The position numbers and the translations under genes were made by a program. DNA of 64,000 nucleotides, taken from Acidimicrobiales bacterium (GTDB taxonomy: Bacteria; Actinomycetota; Acidimicrobiia; Acidimicrobiales; Palsa-688). Every line of letters starts with the position of its first letter. Within the stretch, counting starts at the first letter, position 1. This document shows, in pieces, positions 1 to 8,800 of this stretch. Location: positions 1,946-65,945 of the forward strand of contig JBKQUU010000042.1 in NCBI GenBank assembly GCA_052325485.1, given 5' to 3'. The notes beneath the pieces are model-generated. The model was given only the letters and a program-made list of their open reading frames with translations. It was not told the DNA's origin and did no database searches.

Positions 1-161
1 GCGAAACCGTACGGCCCGTAAGTGAAGTCCATCTGCGGGCCCCATTGGAAATGGCGGGTGAAAGCCACCGCCAGGCCCGCCTGCCACGAAGGGTCCAGGC
101 CCGTCCTTATCTGCGCCCAGCCCGGCCAGTTGAGCACGGTGGCCGCGGCGGCCACGAGCAT
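1..161 (-). CDS. partial CDS (N-terminal part only, runs off the left edge); hypothetical protein
   Basis: Manual minus-strand translation from ATG at 161-159 gives MLVAAAATVLNWPGWAQIRTGLDPSWQAGLAVAFTRHFQWGPQMDFTYGPYGF. It stays open to position 1. The frame is also open upstream of the ATG, so the start is uncertain. No family recognised. Confidence 0.3.
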   Translation of the reverse strand, partial: MLVAAAATVLNWPGWAQIRTGLDPSWQAGLAVAFTRHFQWGPQMDFTYGPYGF

Positions 162-228
162 TGTGCCGCGCCAACCCGACGGCAGGTAAGCCGAGGCTCC
201 GGCCCAACGGGATCGCCCTGGAGTTCGC

Positions 229-288
229 ACCGGCGCCGCCAGCCTAATTGACCGGCGCCGCCAGCCCAGAGCGACGGCGCCGCCGGCC
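229..288. repeat. three-copy GC-rich tandem direct repeat (accggcgccgccagcc, period about 22 nt) in the intergenic region
   Basis: accggcgccgccagcc at 229-244 and 251-266. A degenerate third copy, acggcgccgccggcc, lies at 274-288. Confidence 0.6.
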
Positions 289-306
289 CCGGCTCGGCGC
301 CGTCAG

Positions 307-1329
307 CTACCCCAGGAGCTCTGACAGGCGAGAGGCTACAAGGTGCTCGCGGGTGGCGTCTGGGGCTTCGTCACCCGGGGCGGCCAGCTCACCGGGAGCG
401 GAGGCGCCGGCGTCTTGGTCCGTCACCGGCAAACCGGGCGGCGTGGCGCTCGCCCACACGACGTAGGGAGTTTGCGGCCACCCGGCCAGGGCCTCGATGG
501 CCCTCAGCGACTCGGCAAAAGCGCCGGCCGACTGAGGCCGCTTGTCCGGGTCCTTGGCCAGGGCGTTCTCCATGAGGTCGGCCAGGGCGATGGGCGCCGC
601 CGCCAACGGAGGGCGGGGGACGGGGTCCCGCAGGATGCGCAGGATGACCGAGGCGGGCGCCTCTCCTTCGTAGGCGGCGAAGGGCCCGTGGCCAAGAAGG
701 AGCTGGTACATGGACGAGGCCAGGCCATAGATGTCGGCCGCCGGGTGCAGGGGCTGGCCTTCGAGAGCCTCGGGGGGAGCGTGCAGGGTCGTGAAACCGA
801 ACACTCCCTCGGTGGACTGGGCCGCGGCTTGCAGCGCGGCCACCCCGAAATCGGCCAGGACAGGCTCACCGAACTGGGAGACAAGTATGTTCTGAGGCTT
901 CATGTCCCGGTGCAGGAACCCAGAACGGTGGGCGGTTTCCAAGGCGCCGGCGATCTTCACGCCCACCTGGATGACCTCGGCCGGGGCCAGGGGGCCCCGT
1001 TGGCGCACACGCTGGGCTAGGGACTCCCGGCACAGTTCGAGAACGAGCACGGGACGCCCTTCAGGGGTGCAGAACGACCCGTAGAGCGTCGTCACGTTGG
1101 GATGGTTGCTCAACAAGGCGAGCGCTCCCAGCTCCTTGTTGAAGACCTCGACCATGCGGGGCGAGGTGTCGGCCACCCTTATCACCTTCATGGCGACGGC
1201 CCGTTTGGTCCCCAGTTCCACGCCTCGGTAGACGGTGGCAAAGGTCCCGGTGGCGATCTCGACGATGTCGGCGTACCCGGGGAACGTGGTCGGGGCCGAG
1301 GTGGCGGGGACGCTGCGGCGGATCTTCAT
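307..1329 (-). CDS. Ser/Thr protein kinase (Hanks type), kinase domain only
   Basis: Motifs: AMKV (VAIK Lys), HRDMKPQNILV (catalytic loop), ADFGVA (DFG), HAPPE (APE). Start set at the internal ATG (MKIRRS...) at 1329, which overlaps the upstream stop as ATGA. The upstream part of ORF 307..1647 lies inside the preceding gene. Confidence 0.9.
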   Translation of the reverse strand: MKIRRSVPATSAPTTFPGYADIVEIATGTFATVYRGVELGTKRAVAMKVIRVADTSPRMVEVFNKELGALALLSNHPNVTTLYGSFCTPEGRPVLVLELCRESLAQRVRQRGPLAPAEVIQVGVKIAGALETAHRSGFLHRDMKPQNILVSQFGEPVLADFGVAALQAAAQSTEGVFGFTTLHAPPEALEGQPLHPAADIYGLASSMYQLLLGHGPFAAYEGEAPASVILRILRDPVPRPPLAAAPIALADLMENALAKDPDKRPQSAGAFAESLRAIEALAGWPQTPYVVWASATPPGLPVTDQDAGASAPGELAAPGDEAPDATREHLVASRLSELLG

Positions 1330-3659
1330 GGCCCGCCGCCGGGGCCGGGACGAGCCGGGGAAGGGCCCACCAGCAGGAGCGCCCGGGCCCTGTCGCGCTG
1401 GCCGAGAGAAGACCGCAGGGCGCCGTAGAGCTGGCGCTGGGTGTCCCAGGCCAGGCGGGCAGCCACGTCGTCGACCGGCCACTCGGTGCTGTACAGGGCC
1501 TGGTCGGCCAGATCGGCCAGGACGTTCGTCGGCGGCCCGAAAGCGTCCCCGAAACGGCTGGTCACCTCGGAAGTCACGTCCTTGCTGGTAGCCGACCCGT
1601 CCACTTGCACACCGAGACGGAACAGCCCGTCGATCAGCTCCAGCCACGCCCCCGCTGTCAGCAGGGCGGGGTCGTCGGTCTGGTGCCGGGCCCGGCGGCG
1701 CAGGCGGCGGCGCAGCGCGGGCAGGCCCAAACCACCGGCCAGCAGAGCCGCCATTATCGCCGCCGGCCCGCCCGCGCCGGCTACGAGCAGCCAGTCGATG
1801 TGCAACGGGGGCGTCAGCTTGACGTTGACCGGCTTGGCGATGGCGTGGGCGGCACCCCCGCCGGGCAGGGCCGTGACCTGCCTGGGTACGGTAGTCGGGC
1901 TCGCCGTCACCTGCTCGGGGGGAGCGGACACGTCGGCGGTGGTCCGCACCGGGGTGGGGTCGGCCACGACCCAGCCGTAGCCCAGCAAGGGCACCTCGTC
2001 CCAGGCCCAGGCGTCCCGGTTGGTCAGCTGGTAGTTGCCGGGCGACAGGGGCCCGGGCGTCGACACCGCCGCCGGGGCCCGGAAGCCGGTTTCCACCCTG
2101 ACCGGTACACCGAGGTACCGGGCCACCACGGCGAAGAAGGTGGCGAACTGCTCGGGCGTGGCCACCCGGTCGACGGTAACGGCGTTCATTACCTGGGCCA
2201 GCGACGTGCCGGCCAACGCCGCCGGTACCGACTGCGACCGGGAGGAAGGCCCGCCCCCCTCGGCAACCCGGCGTTCTTGCGCCCGCAGGGAGCTGGAGAG
2301 GCTCTGTAAGAACGCTAGCGAGGGCGTGGCCGGCCGGCCCGTGAGGCTAACGGCGAAGCGCACGGCGGCGGCCACGTCCGGCGCCGACCCGATGGGCAAG
2401 GCGGTGTAAGCCGACGCGCCCCCTCCGGGCACCTCGGCCCCGAAGGCCAAGCCGCTGGCGGAGGACAGTTGCCCGATCGTGCCCGGGGGTACCAGGGAGA
2501 CAACGCTGTAGGACGCCGGGATGGTGGGCAAGGCGGCCAGCATCCCTGTGCTGCTGTCGGCGTCGACAGCCAGGCCCTCCACTTGCTCGGGGCGGTCCAT
2601 GGCGGGCAGGAGGGGAAGCCCGATGGCCGCTTCGAGGGTGTAGTGCTGCACCAGCTGTTGGGCCTCCGGCTCACTGGCGACCAGGGTGCCAGGGGAGGGG
2701 ACGCGGCCGCCGGTCGGCCGGAACGTGGTCGAAAAAGTCCACGTGTCGCCGTCGTACTCGTCCAGGGCGGCCACCGGTACGTAACCGCTCCAGGCCTTTT
2801 GCACCTGGACGTCGAACAGGTCCCGGGCCGCCCCCTGGGAGCCAGATCTGCGCAGCGCGGCCAGGGTGTCCAGGGGGTCGACGACCAGGCCAGAAAGCAG
2901 CGGCGTCGGACGGCTGACGGTGGCCGGCCTGGAGGCCAGCGCCGGGACGCTCCCGATCCCGGCACCCAAGGCCACCACCAGGGCGGCCGCCATGACCGCT
3001 CCCGCCGTCGCTCGCCGTAAGGAACTACGGCGCCGCGCCGGCTCGGGCCCGGTGGCGCTGCGCCCCGTCCCGGCCTGGGCCGCCTCGGCCTCGATCAGGC
3101 CTTGACGGGCCAGAGCGCACACCACCAGCACCCCGAGCAGGGCGGCGCCCGCGGGAACGGTCGCCCCGGCGGGGCCCGAGGTGGTGGCGACGAAGGCGAA
3201 GGCAAAATAGGCAATGGGCACCGCCGAGCCCAGAGCCGACGGACGGGAAGGGCGCCCCAGGAGCTCGGCGGAAATGGCGCTGCACAGCCAGGTCAGCACC
3301 ATCGGGGCGGCCAGCAACGAGCTGGCCCCGCTCAGGGGCAGGGTCTCGGTGAGCAACTGCGCGGGCACATGGACCAGGCCGGCCCATATGGCGTCGAAAT
3401 CAAAACCGTTGCTGACCACCAGCAAGCTCACCAGACCGGTCACCGACACCGCATAAGAGACGAGCACCGAGGCGCGGGCCACACGCGAGGCGACGACGCT
3501 GATGACAACGGGGAGGACGGCGGCCAGGGCCAGCAGGAGGGGGGCGCGCACGACCTGGTACGCCCGCAACCAGGGCGTGGCGGCGAGGAAGGTGCCGGCG
3601 GCGGCGCTCAGCAGCACGAGGCCCACAAGGAACCTCCGCAAGCCCGGCTTCCAGCTCAC
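1326..3659 (-). CDS. DUF3488/transglutaminase-like membrane protein (TgpA-like), with catalytic Cys and His apparently substituted
   Basis: Multi-TM N-terminus. Transglutaminase-core-like segment ATPEQFATFFAVVARYLGVPVRV...DAWAWDEV...GWVVADPTP. A late TM helix plus a DUF4129-like C-terminal tail. GTG at 3659 overlaps the DUF58 stop (GTGA). Confidence 0.75.
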   Translation of the reverse strand: MSWKPGLRRFLVGLVLLSAAAGTFLAATPWLRAYQVVRAPLLLALAAVLPVVISVVASRVARASVLVSYAVSVTGLVSLLVVSNGFDFDAIWAGLVHVPAQLLTETLPLSGASSLLAAPMVLTWLCSAISAELLGRPSRPSALGSAVPIAYFAFAFVATTSGPAGATVPAGAALLGVLVVCALARQGLIEAEAAQAGTGRSATGPEPARRRSSLRRATAGAVMAAALVVALGAGIGSVPALASRPATVSRPTPLLSGLVVDPLDTLAALRRSGSQGAARDLFDVQVQKAWSGYVPVAALDEYDGDTWTFSTTFRPTGGRVPSPGTLVASEPEAQQLVQHYTLEAAIGLPLLPAMDRPEQVEGLAVDADSSTGMLAALPTIPASYSVVSLVPPGTIGQLSSASGLAFGAEVPGGGASAYTALPIGSAPDVAAAVRFAVSLTGRPATPSLAFLQSLSSSLRAQERRVAEGGGPSSRSQSVPAALAGTSLAQVMNAVTVDRVATPEQFATFFAVVARYLGVPVRVETGFRAPAAVSTPGPLSPGNYQLTNRDAWAWDEVPLLGYGWVVADPTPVRTTADVSAPPEQVTASPTTVPRQVTALPGGGAAHAIAKPVNVKLTPPLHIDWLLVAGAGGPAAIMAALLAGGLGLPALRRRLRRRARHQTDDPALLTAGAWLELIDGLFRLGVQVDGSATSKDVTSEVTSRFGDAFGPPTNVLADLADQALYSTEWPVDDVAARLAWDTQRQLYGALRSSLGQRDRARALLLVGPSPARPGPGGGP

Positions 3660-4786
3660 CGGACCACCCAACCGTCCCAGGCCTGGGCCAGCTCGTTGGC
3701 GGTGGTGGCCACGAACACCCTCACCCCAGGGTAGGCGGGCGCCGGCACCGGGCGGGGTACGAGCGAGGTCACTATGACATGGTCGAAGCGGCTCATCGAG
3801 GCGATGGCCGGCAAGCTCTCCACATCGAGCGCCCCCGTCACCACGACCAGGGCGCTACCCCGGTCGCGCCGCAGCGGCACCAGCTGAGCGGACAGGGAGC
3901 CGCCGGTCGTGGGGACCACGTCAGTCAGGTAATCGACCAGGGGCACAGGGTCCCGCTGGCCGGGGCCCCCGACGCGCGCGCCCGCCGTCGTCCTGATCTG
4001 GACGGGGGCCTTGCCCCAGGACATGGACGTGGCGACCGAGGCGGCCACGTCCATCGCCTCCTCGAACGTCTCGGGCGAGTAAACCTCGGGCCGCAGGTCG
4101 ACCAGCACGACGGTGTACGGCTGTGCGGTGTCGACGTAATGACGCACCACGAGCTTGCCCAGGCGGGCTGTCGAAGGCCAGTGCACCGTGCGCAGGTCGT
4201 CGCCGATCACGTACTCGCGCAGGCGGTGGAAGGTGACACTGCCCTGGGGCGACGTGTCGCTCGACGGGCCCTCCAGGTTCTGGGACGTGCCCGTGGGCAG
4301 CGGTCTCAAGGACAGCACCCGGGGGTGGACGGAGATCACCTGCGGATCGCCCAGGGCCGTGACCCGGCGGCACAGGCCGAAAGGGTCCGCCTTGGGTATC
4401 TCCACCGGGCCCACGCTGTAGGTGCCGCGCTGGGACGTGGGCAGGCGGTAAGTCCGCAGGCTCGTCGCCGCTCTGGCCAGGGTGGGGAGCTCGGCGCGAA
4501 ACACCGTCGTGCCCAGGCGCTGTTCTATCACCAGCCCGTTCAGCGCTCGCCAAGACCGGTTGGTCGCCTGGACCACGGCGATGGCGGGCTGCCCCTTTTC
4601 GACCCGGGGCGGCTCGACGGCCCGGACCAGTTGGAGCCTAGGCGAGCGCACGACGTACACGACCGCCCCCGCCACCAGGGCCAGGAGGCCCGCGCCCAAG
4701 ACGATCAGGGGAGCCCATCGGGCCGCCAGGCCCACGACGAGCAGCACCAGACCGGCCGTGCCCGCGCCCCAGCCCAATCTCGTCAC
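3656..4786 (-). CDS. DUF58 domain protein (MoxR partner), module 1
   Basis: Two N-terminal TM helices. DUF58 signature HRLREYVIGDDLRTVHW. Lies immediately downstream of a MoxR ATPase. GTG start at 4786. Confidence 0.85.
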   Translation of the reverse strand: MTRLGWGAGTAGLVLLVVGLAARWAPLIVLGAGLLALVAGAVVYVVRSPRLQLVRAVEPPRVEKGQPAIAVVQATNRSWRALNGLVIEQRLGTTVFRAELPTLARAATSLRTYRLPTSQRGTYSVGPVEIPKADPFGLCRRVTALGDPQVISVHPRVLSLRPLPTGTSQNLEGPSSDTSPQGSVTFHRLREYVIGDDLRTVHWPSTARLGKLVVRHYVDTAQPYTVVLVDLRPEVYSPETFEEAMDVAASVATSMSWGKAPVQIRTTAGARVGGPGQRDPVPLVDYLTDVVPTTGGSLSAQLVPLRRDRGSALVVVTGALDVESLPAIASMSRFDHVIVTSLVPRPVPAPAYPGVRVFVATTANELAQAWDGWVVR

Positions 4787-4793
4787 AGTGCGC

Positions 4794-5825
4794 CTATCGG
4801 ACGACGGCTCTAGGCACCGCGACGGCCTGGACAGCGCGAGCGACTACTTCGGCCGCCGTCCTGCCCTGCATTTCGGCGTCGGGACGCAGCACCAGACGGT
4901 GGGCCAGCGTGGGCGAGGCCATGGCCTGGACGTCGTCGGGGGTCACAAAGGGCCGGCCCACGGTGGCGGCCGCCACCCGGGCCGCCCTGAGCAGGGCTAG
5001 GCCGCCCCGAGGGGACACGCCGAGGCGGATTTCGGGCATCTCCCGGGTGCTGGCGCAAATGGCCACGATGTACTGCTCTATGGCCCGCGACACCTCGACC
5101 CCGCGCTTGACGAACTCGATCATGGCGAGGAGGGCGTCGCGTTCCATCACGGCGGGCAGGTGCTCGACGGTGGCAGAGTCTTTTTCCGTCCTCAGCACCT
5201 CTGCTTCGGCCTCGGCGGAGGGGTAGCCCACCGACAGGCGCATCAAGAAGCGGTCGAGCTGAGCCTCGGGCAGGACGTAGGTGCCTTCCAGGTCGATCGG
5301 GTTCTGGGTGGCGATGACGACGAACGGGCGGGGGACCGGGTAAACGGCGGCGTCGGTCGACACGGTCTGCTCCTGCATGACCTCGAGGAGGGCCGACTGG
5401 GTCTTCGGTGACGCCCGGTTTATCTCGTCACCGAGGACGATGTTGGCGAAGACCGGGCCCGGGCGGAAGTTGAAGCTGGACGTGGCCTGGTCGAAGACGG
5501 TCACCCCGGTGATGTCGCTGGGCAAGAGGTCGGGCGTGAACTGGACGCGGTTCCAGGTCAGGTTGACCGACTTGCAGATGGCTCGCGCCAGTGAGGTCTT
5601 GCCTACCCCGGGCACGTCTTCGATCAACAGGTGGCCCTCGGCCAGTACGCAGGTGAGGGCGGCGCGGACGACGTCCTCCTTGCCGTGCAGGACCGTGGTC
5701 ACGTTGTTCACCAGGCTGTCGAACATCTGGACGAACACGGCCATCTCCGGGCCCCCTGCACCAGCGGCGGAGCGGGCGGCAGCCGGGGCGGTCGAGGGAC
5801 CGGTCACTGGTGTTGTTATGGTCAC
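4794..5825 (-). CDS. MoxR-family AAA+ ATPase, module 1
   Basis: Walker A GHLLIEDVPGVGKT, Walker B-like VLGDEINRASPKTQSALLEVM, ATQNP and LPEAQLDRF motifs. GTG at 5825 is preceded by GGAGG and overlaps the upstream stop (GTGA). Confidence 0.9.
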   Translation of the reverse strand: MTITTPVTGPSTAPAAARSAAGAGGPEMAVFVQMFDSLVNNVTTVLHGKEDVVRAALTCVLAEGHLLIEDVPGVGKTSLARAICKSVNLTWNRVQFTPDLLPSDITGVTVFDQATSSFNFRPGPVFANIVLGDEINRASPKTQSALLEVMQEQTVSTDAAVYPVPRPFVVIATQNPIDLEGTYVLPEAQLDRFLMRLSVGYPSAEAEAEVLRTEKDSATVEHLPAVMERDALLAMIEFVKRGVEVSRAIEQYIVAICASTREMPEIRLGVSPRGGLALLRAARVAAATVGRPFVTPDDVQAMASPTLAHRLVLRPDAEMQGRTAAEVVARAVQAVAVPRAVVR

Positions 5826-8800
5826 GTTGTTGCCTCCGTTACTCGGTAGACGGGCCGGCGGGCCCTGGGCGCCAGGCCCCGGGACCACAACAGCGAGCCG
5901 GCGAAGATGCCGGCCAGTAAGGCCGCCAGCACGGCCCAAAGGGCTCCGGAGAGCACCGTGGCCGGCGCCCCGGGGCCAGGCCGCCGGCCGTTCTGGGAGC
6001 CCGGCCAGGCGACGACGGCGGGAAGGGCCGTGCCCCCTGGCGGGGTGGTCGTAGTGGGCGCGGTGGTCGTGGGCGGCGGGTTGGTGGTAGCGGCAGGTGG
6101 CGTGGTGGTGGCCGCCGGCGGGGTGGTCGTGGTGGTGGTGACGGCGGGTGCCGTGGTGGTGGCGGCCGGTGGGGTGGTGGTGGTGGTGGTGGCGGCCGGC
6201 GGGGTAGTGGTGGGCGGCGGCGTCGTCGTGGGCGGCGGGGCGGTCGTAGTGGTGGCGGCGGGCGTCGTCGTGGTAGTGACGGCGGGCGGCGCCGTCGTGG
6301 TGGTGGCCGCCGGCGGCGCTGTGGTGGTGGTGCTGGCGGGCGGGGCGGTCGTGCTGCTCATGGGCACCGTCGTGGCCGGCTGGGTGGTGGGCGGCACCGT
6401 CGTCACCGCCGGCGGGAGGGTGGTGGCGCTGTACGGCGTTGGCGGCGCCGTGGTAGGGGCCGCCGTGGTCACGGGTGCCGGCGCAGTGACTTTGGGACCG
6501 GTGGCCTTGGGCGCGGTGGTCGTGGGACTGGTGGTCGTGGGACTGGTGGTCGTGGCACTGGTGGTCGTGGGGGTGGTGGTCATCGAGGTGGTAGTGGGCG
6601 GCGTGGGCCGAGGACTAATGGACGTGGTGGACGGCACCGTCGACGGCGCCTGGCCCGGCGCGTTGCGCGGTGTCTTCTCCGGCCCCTTGGTCGGTGCCGT
6701 GGTCAGCGTGCTCATGGGTTCGGTCGTCGTTGAAGAAACAATCGACGGGACGATCGTCCTGGTTGAGGAAGTCGCTGTCGTGGTCGACGACGGCACCGAC
6801 GTGGAAGAGGTGGCGGGAAGCTTGGCGACGGCGCTACCGGCCACGCCGAGGTAAAGCCACGAGACGGTTATGGTCGGCCGCGGGCACGTGGCTGGCCACG
6901 GGACGACGACGGGAAAGTCCCCCGCGGCCGCCGTCTGGTCGGTGGCGCTACAACCTGCGGTGCTGGCCGCCGCCACCTGCCAGTCCGTGCCGGCCGGTTG
7001 GCCCGTCCCCTGGTAAGCGACCTCGATGCCCGGCGTCGTGCACTCCGGGCGGCACCCCTCGTCGGCTACGGCGTCGAAACGGTAAGCCGCGGGAGAGCCG
7101 ATGGAGAACGGGACCGTGAGCTCAGGCGACGGCACTCCGTAGGGGTCGGGCGTGAGCGTGCTGCTCAGCGTCAGGGCCAGGGAGCAGGCGCCGCCCATCT
7201 GGTCCAGGTCCATGGTGGGGGCGAACCGCCCGCCAGACAGCGCTCCGCTCACCGGCAACGTCTCCGAACCGCAGGTTATGGCGCCCAGGGCCTGGAACAC
7301 CCCGGTCGGGAGGTCCTCGAACCGGGCGATGACCGTCCCCGTATTGGGGTCGGCGCCGACCGTCCCGTGCACCTGCATCTGCAGCCCGCTCGGCCACGGG
7401 ATGGTCCGGCCGAACTCGTGGCTGGTCACAGTCACCGCGGCACTCGGGTGGTCCACCGGCGTGACGAGGACAGTTGCCTGGTACTGCTCGGCCGGGTCGA
7501 GACCGCTGATGTTGGCTTCCAGCGCGGTCGTCGGGCCGAAGCTCCGGCCGTCCACCGAGTAGGTGTAGGTCACCTGGTTGCCCCCATAAGCCAGGACAGG
7601 CGCCGTGCCGGAGGCCAGCACCAGCTTGAGGTCGGCGGTGATCGTCTGGCCCTGCGGCGTCCCCGCGGCCAGCAGCTTGAGGGCGGAGGCGTCCGGCGGT
7701 TGCCAGGCCGGGGCGCACTGGTCGCTGGACGTCGGCGCGCCGACCAGCCCGGCACCGCTCACCCCCTGAACGCTGAAGTTGAGCGAGTCACCGAGCAGGC
7801 CCAGGTCGTCGGCGGCGTTGACGGTGACGCTCGTCTGCGAGCCGCGTACGTCGAGCTTGGGCGCCTGGCCGATAAAACCCGTGCCGCACGACGATCCGAT
7901 CACGGTCCACGACGCCGCCGGTACCTCGCATTTGGGGCCGCGGCAGGGCGTCCAGGAGACGACCCAGCCGCCCTGACCGTTGGCAACGCTGCTGACCGAC
8001 GCCGGCGGACCAGGCCCCACCGCCGTGGTCGTGAAACTGACCGGCGCCGACGGCGTCGACTCCCGGCCTATGTAGGCCGTCACGACAGCCTGGTAAGCCG
8101 TCCCCGGTTGCAAACCGGTGAACAGGAGTTGTTCCTGGCCGTCGACCAGTTGAGTGCGGCGCGGCAGCTGGGCGCCCCCGCCAAGCGCCGTGACGGTGAC
8201 CGACCACGTGCTGGGCAGGCAGTCTTGTTCGGCCAGGAGGTGGTAGGTCCAAGCGACCAGGGCCGACTCGTCAGAGGGGGAGATGGAACTGATCTGCGGG
8301 GCGTACGGCTTCTCAGTGGTCGAAGCGCAGTCGACCTGCTGTGTCACCGGCTGGACCACCAGCGGTTGGACCACGGTAGTGGGCGTCGTGGTCGGGGCCG
8401 AACCCGGCCGTGGGGACTTGAGCTGGGGCTTGGGCTTCTCGTGCTTCACATTGATGTCGCCCGGCCCGGCCGCGCTCACCTCGACGGCGTCTGATTTGTT
8501 GACTACCACGGGGGCGTGGCTACCGTCGGTGAAGACCACCACCGCCAGCAGGCTCTCGGGGTTGTTGAAGATGACGCGGGGCCCGTCGACGAGGACCTGC
8601 GCCCCTTGAAAACCGGCTTTTTCGGTCACGCTCTCGGCCGGGTAGGCCGGGGCTCCAGGGACGGTCTTCATCACGCCGGTGGCCGGCTGTACGGTCCACA
8701 GCGACGGTTGCCCGGGCTGAGCCTGGTCGAGGGTGTACAGCAAACCCGCCGAATAGGCGGGCACCACGGGCTCGGCACCGGGGCCGAAGGCGCCGAGAGG

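Noticed and set aside
3779-4813. Long antisense or out-of-frame ORFs throughout the track. Examples: 3779..4813 +, 6998..8494 +, 10838..11848 +, 19847..21298 -, 21540..22754 -, 34241..35548 +, 36849..38564 +, 38411..39355 +, 39331..40524 +, 58529..59686 -.
   Set aside because: Each lies opposite to, or out of frame with, a gene that has clear family motifs. Their translations are Arg/Gly/Pro/Ala-rich with no recognisable motifs, which is typical of shadow ORFs in stop-codon-poor high-GC DNA.
6041-6811. Repetitive ggtggtggt DNA considered as a possible CRISPR array, satellite or non-coding repeat.
   Set aside because: There is no repeat/spacer periodicity. It is in frame within a long ORF and encodes a Pro/Thr-rich linker between FN3 domains and a C-terminal TM anchor.
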